From Torpedo marmorata (lineage: Eukaryota), in NCBI GenBank assembly GCA_977017645.1, contig OZ360226.1, positions 41,168,001 through 41,232,000 on the forward strand: a stretch of 64,000 nucleotides of DNA, in the 5' to 3' direction. A model generated the notes under the pieces. That model had not been told where the DNA came from, did not search any database, and saw only the letters and a program-made list of their open reading frames with translations. The position numbers were made by a program, and so were the translations under genes. Positions 49,392-62,071 of this stretch are shown one piece after another (the first letter of the stretch is position 1; every line of letters begins with the position of its first letter).

Positions 49392-51357
49392 TGGTAGAGG
49401 AATTTAACCCCTAGATCTCGATACCCCAGCTTGGGGAAGCATTATCCCTTCATCTTTACTCCAGTTTAAACATTTGTCCAACGGGATTGTGCCAGTGTTT
49501 TTATTCTGTTTAAGGCTCCTCCTACTTCCGAGTTGAACTGTTCCTTTATTTCCATAATGAGCAGATTAGTTTGCTGCACGTTTCCTTTTTCCCCTCAATT
49601 ATTTCTTCTGGGATTGAATTCCACGATCTATCATTCTCTCAATTTCTCCAAAATTCTTTTCAGGATTTATGGTTCACTGCCTTGTATTGAAAGATATTTG
49701 GTGCAATTTGTGCAAGTGTCAGTTAGGGAGGAGATCAGGGATGAGATAGGCTGGGTGAGGAGTAGTTTAGAAGCAGGTTAGGGAGGTGATGAGGAACTGG
49801 GAAAGAAGACAGGGGGGTTTTGGGGGAGAATATGGGAAGATAATCAATGAGATCAGATTTCAGATTTATTGTCAAAGTGCATACATGACATCACATACAA
49901 CCCTGAGATTTTTTTTACCTGCGGGCGAGGCAGAACTGCCAAATATTGGTAATGCAAAAAAACTGTACACAATGAACACATGTAAACAAATAAAGAAATG
50001 TAAACAGATAAGAAATGTAAATAAACTGACTACAATATAAAGAGAATTAAAAAATCAATAAAATGCAATAAAAGTAAGAGTCCTTAAATGAGTCCCTGAT
50101 TGAATTTGTTGTTGAGGAGTCTGATGGTGGAGGGGTAGCAGCTGTTCCTGAACCTGGTGGTGCAAATCTTGTGGCACCTATACCTCTTTCATGATGGTAG
50201 CAGCGAAAACAGAGCGTGTGCTGGGTGCTGTGGATCCTTGATGATTGCTGCTGCTCTCCGACGGCAGCGTTCCCTGTAGATGTTCTCGATTGTGAGGAGG
50301 GTTTTGCCTGTGATGTCCTGGGCTGTGTCCATTACCTTTTGGAGGGCTTTATGCTCAGGAGTATTGGTGTCCCCGTACCAGACTGTGATGCAGCCGGTCA
50401 GCACACTTTCCACTACACATCTGTAGAAATCCCCCAATGATCACTGGATCGTATACCTCTGGTTTACTCTTCCTGAAGCTCCTTGGTTATGGTAACATTG
50501 AGTGCAAGGTTGTTGTTGATGCACCATTCAACCAAGTTTTCAATCTCCCTCCTGTATGCTAACTCATCGCCTTTTTTTATACAACCCACTACAGTGGTAT
50601 CATCGGCAAATTTGTAGATGGTGTTATTGTCGCACCGAGCCACACAGTCGCAGGTGTAAAGTGAGTAGAGCAGGGGGCTAACAACACAGGCATGTGGTGC
50701 TTCGGTACTGATGGAGATTGTGGAGGAGATGTTCTTACCAATCCTCACTGATTGTGGTCTGGACGTGAGGAAATCAACGATCGAATTACACAGTGGGGTG
50801 TTGAGTCCCAGGTCTTGGAGTTTGCTGAGCAGTTTTGAGGGGATGATGGTGTTAAATGCTGAACTGCAGTCGATAAAGAGCATCCTGATGAATGCATCTT
50901 TGCTGTACAGGTGTTCCAGGGCTTTGTGTAGAGCCAGTGAGATGGCATCCACCGTAGACCTGTTGGTACGATAGGCGAATTAGAACAGATCCATGTTGCT
51001 GCTCAGACAGGAGCTGATATGCTTCAACACCAGCCTTTCAAAACACTTCATCACTGTTGATATGTGCTACTGTCGATAGTCATTAAGGCAGGTTACTCTG
51101 CTCTTCTTGGGCAACAGTATGATTGATGCCTGTTTGAAACAGATGTGTACCACGCCCTGCCAGAGTGAGATGTTGAATTATGAGATGGAGCACAGGTAGA
51201 AATTTGATAGGGAATGATGTGACAAAAGTTGTTGGAGGTGTCCAATCTCAGGTGGGTTGTTGGGGAGATGTTTGGTGGAGGTGATCACTTTTGGTGGTAG
51301 AGGAATTTAACCCCTAGATCTCAATACCCCAGCTTGGGGAAGCATTATCCCTTCATC
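49392..51357. repeat. 63-bp direct repeat pair (49392-49454 and 51295-51357)
   Basis: tggtagaggaatttaacccctagatctc(g/a)ataccccagcttggggaagcattatcccttcatc; one mismatch. Confidence 0.95.
49854..51179 (-). mobile_element. Rex1/Babar-like LINE, third subfamily, 5'-truncated
   Basis: [36 protein letters not shown]; short direct repeat atgagat on both sides. Confidence 0.9.
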
Positions 51358-51552
51358 CATCCACTCAGATCCTATTAAAATTTTGTATGTTCTTCTCTCA
51401 CTCTTCCAAACATAAGAAAGCATGAGCTCTCTTATCATATTAATCTCTATCATAAGGCATTAGAGCTAGTGCATATTATACGACCATTTTTGATCAGGAA
51501 GCAACCAGGTTTGGCAAAGCAGATATATTTCGATATGGTCTGTAGATCTAAT

Positions 51553-52538
51553 ATCAGAATCAGAATCAGAATGAGAATTTATTGTCATGAACAAGTCATG
51601 AAATTCGGTATTTTGCGGCAGCATCATAGTGCAATTAACATTCATATTAACCATCTAACGACTTTACTATAAAAAAATTATAAACAATAGTGCACGAAAA
51701 GTAAGGCAGTGTCTTTGGTTCATTGATTATTCAGGAATCTGATGGCAGCGGGGAAGAAGCTGTCCTTGTGCCGTTGAGTGCTCGTCTTTAGGCTCCTGTA
51801 CCTTTTTCCCGATGGAAGCAGAGTGAAGAGGGCATGGCCTGGGTGGTGGGGGTCCTTGAGGATAGAGGCTGCTTTTTTAAGACACCGCCTCATGTAGATG
51901 TCCTCGATGGAGTGAAGTTTGGTGCCTGTGATGTCACAGGCCGAGTTAACAACCTTCTGGAGTTTACTCTTGTCCTGGGAGTTGGCGCCTCCATACCAGG
52001 CAGTGATGCAACCAGCCAGAATGCTCTCCACGGTACACCTGTAGAAGTTTACGAGAGTCTTTGGTGACATACCGAATCTCCGCAAACACCTTACAAAGTA
52101 TAGCCGCTGACGAGCCTTCTTTGTGATTGCATCCACGTGGATGCTCCAGGACAGATCCTCGGAGATGTTGACACCCAGGAATTTGAAGTTCTTGACCCTC
52201 TCCACTACTGAGCCCTCGATGAGGACTGGGTCGTATTCCCCTGACTTCCTCCTGAAGTCCACAATCATCTCCTTGGTTTTGCTGACGTTGAGCTCAAGGT
52301 TGTTGCCATTACACCATTCAACGAGCTGATCTATCTCCCTCCTGTACGCTTCCTCATTGCCGTTTGATATTCTGCCGACAACTGTGGTGTCATCGGCAAA
52401 CTTGTATATGGCATTGGAATTGTGCCTGGCCACACAGTCATGAGTGTATAACGAGTAGAGCAGTGGACTAAGCACGCATCCTTGGGGTGCACCTGTGTTG
52501 ATAATCAGTGAGGACGAGACGTTGTTTCCAATTCGTAT
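51553..52538 (-). mobile_element. Rex1/Babar-like LINE 3' part with an uninterrupted 251-aa RT C-terminal ORF (51720-52475)
   Basis: [45 protein letters not shown]; (ttctga)n tail; same family as 13133-14665. Confidence 0.95.
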
Positions 52539-52906
52539 TGGAAATGATCAACAATACTAAAGGCTGGTCAGGCCTTTGTACTACTAAAGAGGTTTATCCC
52601 TAATCTTAGACAGTCAACTATGGATTTGTGAGGGGCAGGTCATGTCTTACCAATTTGATTGAGTTGAGTAGGGCAGTGCATGTTGTATACATGGCATGTT
52701 TTTGACAAGATCCCTCATGGTAGGCTGATTCAAAAGGTGCAGATGCATGGTGAAATGATAGTTTGGAAAGGAAATTTTCTGGCCCATAGCAAGCAAGGTA
52801 GTGGTGGAAGGCTGTTATTTGCACAAGAGGTCCATGACCAGTGGGATACTGCAGGGATTGGTGTTGGGATCCGTATAGTTTGTGATATATATATAAATGA
52901 TTTAGA

Positions 52907-53225
52907 TCAGGGGTGGCCAAACCGCAGCTCCCATCCGAGCCCTGATGCCCCAGCTGCTCGCCCATCCAAACTCCTGACGGCCCTGTCTCCCTCCCACCGA
53001 AGCTCCCAACGTCCCAACCGCGGACTCTCTCCTAGGCCCTGGCTGCCTGGCCACCGATCAGAGCTCCCGATGTCTTGAAGGCAGACTTGACACCCAGTCC
53101 CTGGCGGGTGAACCACTCAGGTACTTAATGCGGTCAAAAGTTGTATGTGCTAATAATCGACCCCCTAAATTTTACTCTCAAAATTGATCCACAAAATTCG
53201 ACTATTACACGAGTATATATTGTGT
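52907..53225. mobile_element. DNA transposon relics: hAT-like left end and Tc2/pogo-like terminus
   Basis: caggggtggccaaac start; cgactattacacgagtatata end. Confidence 0.5.
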
Positions 53226-54011
53226 ATATTTTGATTATTGAAACCAATACAAATTAGCAGTTTAAAAACTACATACATGAATAAATATTATTACATACAT
53301 GTATTTCTTAATACATATACAGGTATATAAAATTTTTGTATCACAATGTAAGAGTAAAACTGTGTATGTAATATTTTTTCATGTCTTGCGGAGATGAAAA
53401 AGTAGGTGGGTGGGTTAGTAAATTTGCATGTGATACAAAGATGGGTGGAGATGAGGTGAGTGTTGAGATTTGTCTAAGAATACAACGGGAAATATAGATT
53501 GGGGCAGAGAAATGGCAGATGGAAATTAATCCGGACAAATGTGAAGTGTTGCACTTGGCGAGGTCAAATGAAAGGGAAATGTGTACAGTTAATGAAAGAG
53601 TGATCTGGGGGTCCAGGTCCATAGCTCCTTGAAAATGGCTATGCAAGTAGATAGGGTGGTAAAGAAGGTGTATGGCATGGTTGGCTTCATTGGGTGGGGC
53701 ATTGAGCATAAATGTGAGGAGGCCATGTTGCAGCTATCCAAAATATTAGTTAGGCTGCAGTTGGAACACTGTATGCAATATGGGTCGCCCCATTACAGGT
53801 AGGATGTGGAGGCTTTGGAAAGGGTGCAGAAGAGGTTTACCAGGATGTTGCCTTGTTTAGAGTATATGAGTTATGGGGAGAGATTGGACAAACTTATGTT
53901 GTTTTCTCTGGAGGTAGGAGTGACCTGATGGAGGTGTATAAAATGATGAGAGGCACAGATAGGGTAGACAGTCACAATCTTTTCCTGAGGAAAAAGTGTC
54001 TCACACCAGAG

Positions 54012-54217
54012 GAGTGAAACAAGAAAGTCTGCAGAGGCTGTGATTGTACTAAATACATAAAATTGCTGGAGAAACTGATCAGGTCCCGCAGCATCCATAA
54101 GAGGCAAAGATATACCTTGACAAAGGGCTCAGTCCCGAAATGTTGGTTGCATATCTTTGCATCCAATGGATGCTGTGAGATTTGCTGAGTTTCTCCAGCA
54201 AGTTTGTCTATTTATCA
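54012..54217. mobile_element. Palindromic Penelope-terminus element with central hammerhead-like motif and 10-bp TSD
   Basis: Arms tgctggagaaact..cagcatccat..gcaaagatat / atatctttgc..atggatgctg..agtttctccagca; cacaccagag at 54002-54011 and 54218-54227. Confidence 0.8.
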
Positions 54218-55441
54218 CACACCAGAGAATAGTGTTTAAGGTGAGGGAGAGGAAGTTTAAGGGAGATGTGCAGGGCAAATATTTTATGCAGAGTGTGGTG
54301 GGGGCCTGGAATGGTTGCCATGAGTAGTGGAGGAAGCAGGTACAACAGTAGGATTTAAAAGGCTTCTAGATAGACACATGGATATGAACTGGATGGAGGG
54401 CTATCAATGTTTGACAGGGGACGAAGGGCCTGTTCCTGTCCTATGTTCTGTGTTGTCATCGCATATTGGGACAACTTGTGACAGCAGATATTTAAAGAGT
54501 ATCTTACACATGAACATACTTTTACAAATTTGAAGGCACCCTGTAAACAGAGCAACTTATAAATACCATTTACTAGGCAAAGTATTTCCTGACAGTGGTG
54601 TTGCAGCAGCATATAAGAAATTAATCAAAATGCCAAAAATAATGTAGATCAATGGCATGCTAAGCACATAAATGTACCACTAAAAATGACACTGGATACA
54701 ACACAGACACTTGGCAATTCTTGATGACCTGAAATCTGACTTTACCTCGAGAGCAAGCCTCCACAAATGGAAACTGACAAGGCCAATTTAAGTGACGACT
54801 GAGAAAAGGCGAAGAATTACAAATCCTGCCTCCGACCATAGTCAAACTGACATAGAGGAAGACACAAAACAAACTTGAAGCAGCTCACACCAAATCCACC
54901 ACTACAACCACAATATAATGCATTTATTAAGCTCTTCTACAGTAGTAAAACATTCCAAGGCATTTCATTTTGACTTGATTTGAACTACATTGTGTGGCAT
55001 AAAAGGATGAGTGACCTAAAATGTAATCAAAGTCATAAAGTTTAGCTGAAAACAGAAAATGCTGGAAATACTCAACAGATCAGGTAGCATCTGTGTTGAA
55101 TCAGCATTTCAGGTCACCGACCTTTTATCAAAAGCATGTAGCTTTTTAGATGAGCCATAGGTTTCAAGGAATTGCCACACATGAAGAAAGATAACTAGTG
55201 AGGCACAGAGGTTCAGAAAGGGATTTCAAGTGTTTTGGAACTTAGCACCAGAGAACATGGCCACCAAAGGTGGAATAATTAAATTTTTGAAGGATCAAAA
55301 TATTAGAATGGAAGATTACAGAGATAGAATGATAGAGTTGACAATGCAGAAACAGGCCCACAGTGTCCATGACAACCTGCTTGCCCAATTATGTTCATCT
55401 GATTTGCCTGCATGAGGGGCATTTTCTTCCAGGTCATTTGT

Positions 55442-55698
55442 GGGTGGCACGGTTAGCGTAGCCGTTAGCGCAACGCCGTTACATCGCCAGCGATCGGGAC
55501 AGTGGTTCGAATCCTGCGCTGTCTGTAAGGAGTTTGTACATTCTCCCCGTGTCTGTGTGAGTTTTCCCCAGGGGCTCCCGTTTCCTCTCACCATTTGAAA
55601 CGTACTGGCGGAATAAGTCAATTGGGTGTAATTGGGCGGCACGGGCTCGTGGGCTGTAAGGGCCTGTTGCCGTGCTGTATGTCTAAATTTAAAATTTA
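55442..55698 (+). mobile_element. Young full-length tRNA-derived SINE
   Basis: Closely matches 44095-44352; A and B boxes present. Confidence 0.92.
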
Positions 55699-56573
55699 AA
55701 GCATCTTGAACATGGTAATTGTATCTGATTTTGGAGAACTTTGAACTGGAGGAGATCACAGTGAAAGGTAGGATCAGGATCTTGGAGGAATTTGAAAACA
55801 ATGATGAGAATATTAAAGTTGAGGATGTGATTAATTGGGAGCCAATGCATGTCAGTGGGCACAGGAGGCAATGAGTGAACAAAACTGTTCAAATCTAAAG
55901 CAGTAAGATTGATTTTCCTGCTCATCCTATCTTGATATTTGCTGCCATTTGATATTGAATCTTTTAAAGTTAACCTCATAAATATGCTTTGGGACAGACA
56001 TTTTAATAACAACTCCATAATATTTTCCCATGTTAAGACAGAATCTATCATGAAATATTTGCAACACCGAAGTTAATCTTTCTGCCAGCAATAAATACCA
56101 TAGATGGCATCTCATATCATTTATTATTTAATCTATCAATGTATTTTTCTCATTTTTTTCCACTTTATGCTTATTCAAATTCCCCCACAAACACTCCCTG
56201 CTATTCACCATAAACACTCCCAATGGGAGCATCTTTCTCACTGCTGTTTAGGATCGGAGGCTTGTCTTCAATTCTAGTCTAGTCTTGATAGTGAGCAATT
56301 GTTCATAAATATTCTCCACACACTGTGTGCTGCTTTCATAACCATTTGCTGGACTTTTATAATAATCATAGGAATCCATAGCTTCTTGGAAGAAAGGCAT
56401 TTTCCAATTATTTCTAGACTACAAAAGCATGTTGATGTGAACAAAGCACAGTGGTAACCTACCACCCTCCCCCCCCCACACTGTCTCATTAACCTATTGT
56501 GGTAGTCTGGGCATTTGATCATTGACTTTAGATTTGGATACCCAGTTAAGTTACCGAAGATAATGTCATAGCT

Positions 56574-58165
56574 CAGTGGTTCTTAACCCTTTTCCCTACT
56601 TGCACCCTTTGCAAAGCACCAAGTAGTTCTCACACCCCTGTCCCCACTGTCATGAAAGAATAATAACATTATCATGGCTATCAATAACAGATTCATCATG
56701 GTTTTACATTTATTTATATTTTACAAATTTACAAATTTGGCAACTAACTGATTCACTACAATACCAAGGTAACTTCAAATTAGTAATTTTTTTATTCCAT
56801 TTGCTAGTACTTTGCATGGTGTGTTGCAAGAAATTGTGTTTGTGCACCAAGCTCAGTGACTTTGTTGCTGTTGTTTGTTCTCTATGATGGTATGGGGAAC
56901 CTCGGCGTCTTGCAGCTGAGTGCTATTCACATGTCGTGCTGAGCGTCCAACTGATTTCTGCACTTGGTTTTGATATGAAGCAGACACGAAAATCCAGTTT
57001 CACACAGATACGTGGTCGCAAAAGGCACTAGCACAGCGAGAGCCTTCCTAGCTAGTACAGGAAATGTTTCCAGCTGAGACGCCCAAAAGTGCTCCAGATG
57101 ACCCTCGGTGAACTCCATTTGGATTCCATGGTTGCTTCTCAAATCGTTGAGATCTTCTTTGACGTCACTGTCATCATCAATATCCTCCAAATTTATCCGG
57201 AAAAGATGCCTGATCCAGTTATCACACGCTTGCAGCTCTGCACACGAGAAGTAACCATCGAATGAAGTTTGCAGCATTTGAAGATGTTCAATAATAGTTG
57301 AAACAAAGACAGGTTGCAAGGAAGCATCCTCAGTGACTGTTCCTTCAAGGGATGGAAAATTCACCAAATTTCCCTTCATTACACGCCTAATCCATAAAGC
57401 AAGTTTTTCTTTGAATGCAACCAGCTTCTCGCTTGCAGTCACAATGGTGAGCCTTTTTCCCTGCAGAGAGCGATTGAGCTCATTGAGTGCTGTGAACACA
57501 TCAGCCAAATAGGCAAGCATCTGAACAAACTCAGGAGAATCAAAATATTCAGCTATGTCTTGTCGCTGTTCACGGAGAAACTGCTTAATTTCCTCTCGCA
57601 ATTCAAACACACGGGATAATACACAACCACGTGATAACCATCTTACTTCTGTGTGGTACAAAATCACAGTATATTCTTGACCCATTTCTTCGCAAAGCAA
57701 CTGAAACAGTCGATGATTCAAAACCAAGAAACGGTATATAGCCAAACCAAGTTTACATACTTAAAAACAGTCACAGGAGATCTCACTACAGTGCACGTCA
57801 ACACTCCTACTCGCAGACCAGTCTACACCCCATGCTGGAACAACAGGAAATGACTCCAATACCTTTTTGCAGACTATTGAAACATGAATCCGCCACCACG
57901 ATAACTCCGCCCCATCGCCGACAAGCACATACATGTACTCGCCTCTTATCTCTCGTTCTCCTTTGCACGCTACAAAACTTAATATACCCATCTATTACAT
58001 CCGCTCTTGTTTCAGAGCATAATATTTATTTATGTGGTCAATTGCATCATAAAAGTGACAAAATAAATATAATTTTTCTCCACATCCAAAAGATCAACCA
58101 TGTTTGAGTACAACTTACTCGCACCCCTAACAGACCTGTCTCGCACCCCTAGTTAAGCACCCCTG
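56574..58165 (-). mobile_element. Internally deleted hAT (Buster/Charlie-like) DNA transposon
   Basis: TIRs cagtggttcttaac / gttaagcacccctg; 8-bp TSD tcatagct at 56566-56573 and 58166-58173; subterminal gcaccc repeats. Confidence 0.95.
56927..57745 (-). pseudogene. C-terminal half of a hAT transposase (ZBED8/SCAND3-like family)
   Basis: HTEVRWLSRG, LAYLADVF..LNELN.SLQG, and LVPFATTYLCETGFS in the dimerisation domain; the N-terminal half is absent. Confidence 0.9.
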
Positions 58166-58619
58166 TCATAGCTGGTGGCAAGACAATGACAGTGATGTTG
58201 ATTCACAATGACTCCTATGTAAGTGTTTGATTTGCCTCATGTCCTCAATGTAACATTGCAATGAAATTTTCATCTTGAAAGCACTTTGATAAATCGAATG
58301 TCGGTGGAGATGTAGGCCTTCATCCTTTTAACGTGTCTTTGCATTTTGTGGGTGGGAGTACGGACAGACCAGTGAGTGTGTTTGTCCGCATAGAAAAAAT
58401 CCAGCTAACACTGACCTCAATTGAATGCTGCCAAGCAGATTGTAATTCTCAGGGAAGCCTTAATTCAGTCGGGTCAAATCTGACTGTGGCATGTAGATCT
58501 GTATCCTTATAGCTCCAATGATCTGGTTTTGATCCTGACCTCCGGTGCTGTCTGAGTTTGCATCATCTGTTTGTGATCACGTGGTTTTCTTCCCATGTTG
58601 CAGCAATAACTTAAATTGA

Positions 58620-58878
58620 ATTAAATTTCAATTTCAATTTATTTACAACGTGAAAGAAGCCAATTCTGGCCATTGAAACCCGTGCTGCCCAATTACTGCC
58701 AATTAACCCACCAACCCTGTACATTTTTGGATGGTGGGAGGAAACCGGAGCACCAAGGGAAAACCCACGCAGGTCACAGGGAGAACCTACAAACTCCTTA
58801 CGGTCAGCGTTGGATTCGAACTTGGGTCGCTGGCGCTATAATGTTATTGTGCTAACCGCTACGCTAACCGTGCTGCCC
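58620..58878 (-). mobile_element. Young tRNA-derived SINE nested in an older + strand SINE (about 58480-59060)
   Basis: Reverse complement of the 44095 family; the older SINE core continues on both sides. Confidence 0.85.
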
Positions 58879-59229
58879 ATGTAGATTAATTGGCCATTAT
58901 AAACTGCCCCTGGTGTGTAGACATGCAGAATCTAGGATAGGGTTGATTGGAATGTGAGGATAACAAAATGGATTAGTGTAGATAAGTGCTTCATGGTCGG
59001 TGCGGACTCAATGCGTCAAAGGCCCTGTTTCTCTGCTGTAGAACTTCATGGTTCTACACTAATTCTCACCCTCATTTTCAAATCCCACCATGGTCTCCCC
59101 TTCAGTCCATTGTTGGCTATGCGTTCAGCTGCCAAAGTCTGAAGGTCCAGAATTCCCTTCCCAAATCTTGCCATCTATCTTTCCCCTTTGAAGATAATGG
59201 ATAAAATCTTCCTATTTCATGAATGGCTT

Positions 59230-59610
59230 GAGACATTAGACTGATATTCTTTGGAGTTTAGAAGAATGAGTAATCGTGTTGAAACATTCAAGATTCTTAG
59301 TGGTTATTATGGAGTAGATATTGCAGTGCTTCCCCTGGTGGGAGAATCTTAAGCAATGGGACAGAGATACAAGATTGGGTGGACGTCATTTAAAGTGCCT
59401 GTTCAAACAGAGGAAATTACCTATCCCAGAGGATTGTAGAGGATAGGTAATAGGGTTATTTTAGGAAAAATGAGATACATTTTTAAAAGATTGGGGAATT
59501 GAGCTTTGGCACAGAAGAGCCGATGAGGCCTGGGGGCGATCAGCCATGGACATATTGAGTGACAGGGCAGGCAAAGCATTGAGTAACGCACTCTTGCTCC
59601 TTGTTCTTGG
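59230..59610 (+). mobile_element. Decayed CR1 3' fragment
   Basis: ttggagtttagaagaatgag..ttgaaaca..caagattctt; gatcagccatg tail region. Confidence 0.65.
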
Positions 59611-60679
59611 GCATTGTGGCTAGGCTCACCATCATCGCCCTGAATATTCTTTCATGTCACTAAAAATACATTTTCTTCTGATAATGCTCCTATGAATCAC
59701 CTTGGGACTATTTTATTAAATAAAATGCACTGTGTAAATTGAAGTTATGTTGTGGAAGTAAATGCAATTATAATAATATGTGCTATTCATTGAACCAGTC
59801 TGATACTCTGCAGATGTCACATAATCAGTGCACGCATGTGCACTGCCTGCTTCTATCAGTCAACTTTAGAGTGGCTTGAATCAATCACTGTGAAAGTGTT
59901 GTCTAAGGAGTACTGTAGTGATGTACCAGCAGCACTGATACATCCTCATCATTAAGCAAACAATAGCAGACCTGCCAAAACCTGCTCAAGTAAGATCTGA
60001 AGCTTCCAAAAGTGAATACTAGAAACCTGTGATTAACGTAATTGTTCATGCTTTATTAGGGTAATCAGGTAGCCTTGGAATGGTAAGATTGCAAACCTTT
60101 TAGGACCTGTGATGAAGTTGGCTTACAAACAGTGGGCAGTTGACATTGAATTAAAGTACTGGTTCGGAGAGCTAAAAACAGAAAATGGTGGAAACACTTA
60201 GCAGGTTATGCAACAGCTGTGAAAATAGAAAAGAACGAGGTAATGTTTCAGGTCAAATCATGCACTCACTCATCTACAAAGGCATCTGTTTTGCCAGCAC
60301 CTGGAATTTTTTCTCACTTTTGCACTCTTCCGTGACTTTGACCATTTGTCCATCCAGCCTCTTCCCACTGTGCAACCTTTCAGGCTCTTGCAATATCTCC
60401 ATTTTGGGTCTCTGGTGCATTGTCAGCCTTCATTGCTGTCTCACTCTGGCCATGTCTTAGATGCCTAGATCCTAAGCTTTGAAATTCCCTGCTTAAACCT
60501 TCCAACCTCTCCACCCATCTGCTTAAGACCTACACCATTAACTGAGGCTTGTCTTAATTTGCTTTGTATCTCTCTTCATTTATACTATAAAGAAATGCCT
60601 TGGAACATTCAACATTAAAAGTGCTATATAATTGCAATTAATATAGTGGAATTAGCTCCCCAAAGGCAAAAAAAATCTG

Positions 60680-61230
60680 ACTTGAAAAGCAAAAAAGCTG
60701 CAGATGCTAGCACTCTGAAATAGAAGCAGGAAAGGCTGAGAATATTCGGCATATCAGGCAGCATTTGTGGAGAGAGAAAGTGAATTAACACTTTGTGCCA
60801 ATGACTCTTTGACAGAACTAGAAAAGTGACAAAGCATGAGTGTCTTCAGCTGCAGAAAAGGTGGAGAGAACTTGGGAAATGCCTCTGATAGGGTAGAGCC
60901 TCAGGATGTTTTTAGTTACGAGATGCAGGAAGAAATTTAGAGAGAGTGATACTGGAATTGTAAGATGTAGAACACATCAATTGCAGGACATCTGAAACAA
61001 AAGATGATGTTGGAAAGATGCATCAAGTTAGACAGCATCTGTGGAGAAAGAAAAAAAAACTCAGTTAATATTCAGGTAGATAACCAACAGTTCTGTCAAA
61101 AACAGGAAAGGCTGTTTTTCTGAATTTCTGGAATTCAGTATTAAGTCCAGCAAACTACAATGTGCTGAGACTGAAAATGAGATGATGTTCCTCAGAATTA
61201 TGTCAGCTGACCGGATTTGGATCACTGTAT
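60680..61230 (-). mobile_element. Old tandem Penelope-terminus relics
   Basis: Two ctgcagatgct.. / cagcat(t/c)tgtggaga..gaaa..gttaa units, plus an aatgagatgatgttcctc segment resembling the EQHLIF-encoding sequence. Confidence 0.5.
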
Positions 61231-62071
61231 AGAATTATATAGAATTATCTCGACAGGTGTTAATGATACAATGCAACAATTGTTATAAATCTTGTGTGGA
61301 ATAACGTCTATCTGTTTCTTTACACATCAGAGAACAATACTGTACACTCTTTTCTTGACATGCCACAGGAGGAAAAAAACTGAGCACAATTTAATGCCCA
61401 ATCAATGAATATCACAAAATAAGCTATCCATCTCAATTATTATCTCTGACACATATACATTGTCACCTGGCACATGTTCACGTGAGGAAGATTAGAGTTT
61501 ATATAGTGAGAATATTTTTATGAACAAGCAGCTTGGGAGGTTTTACTGATTTAAAGATAAAGACAAGTTGTTGGCAATTGTCTGTGAATGGTTGTTCACC
61601 TAAAATTGTTTGGACATGAATTGTTTTGGAATATAATGATATAAATATTACTTTCTTATTATATCATATTATCTATGATATTTTCATATTATATATGATA
61701 ATATCATATTATCCATTATTAACTGGAGGTTGGGTTTGAACATAACCTGAACAGGGTGATGCATAATTCTTTCTCAGCTACTGATAACTAGAATGTGCTG
61801 GGATATTTGGATGCATATCCTGGTCACCACAATTCCTAAAACTGCCCATAATCTGATGTCCAGCCAAACTAAATTAGCAATGCCATTCAGAAGCCACAAG
61901 GTTGACAGGTGTGGATAATGAAAACAGTTTTCTGTAGATAATTAAATCAGTGATGCATTTAGAATGCAGCTTTAATAATTGACATTTAGTACCTTAATTT
62001 CCAAAGGGAAGCAACTTGACCTTTGCAAATGACTTTTCTTTCCACTCCGCACAGGCGGAAAGCTGACGAAA

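Larger units (their letters stand above)
52600..54452 (+). mobile_element. Decayed CR1 LINE RT/3' region with nested DNA-transposon relics (about 52907-53225) and a Penelope-derived insert
   Basis: FDKIPHGRLIQK, IYINDLD, FA.DTK.GG, WQMEINPDKCEVLH and LERVQKRFTRML motifs in broken frames. Confidence 0.85.

Noticed and set aside
55316-55882. 188-aa ORF
   Set aside because: Reads through an antisense SINE and flanking sequence; no coding signature.
61635-61720. AT-rich atatcatattat repeats
   Set aside because: Low-complexity slippage sequence.
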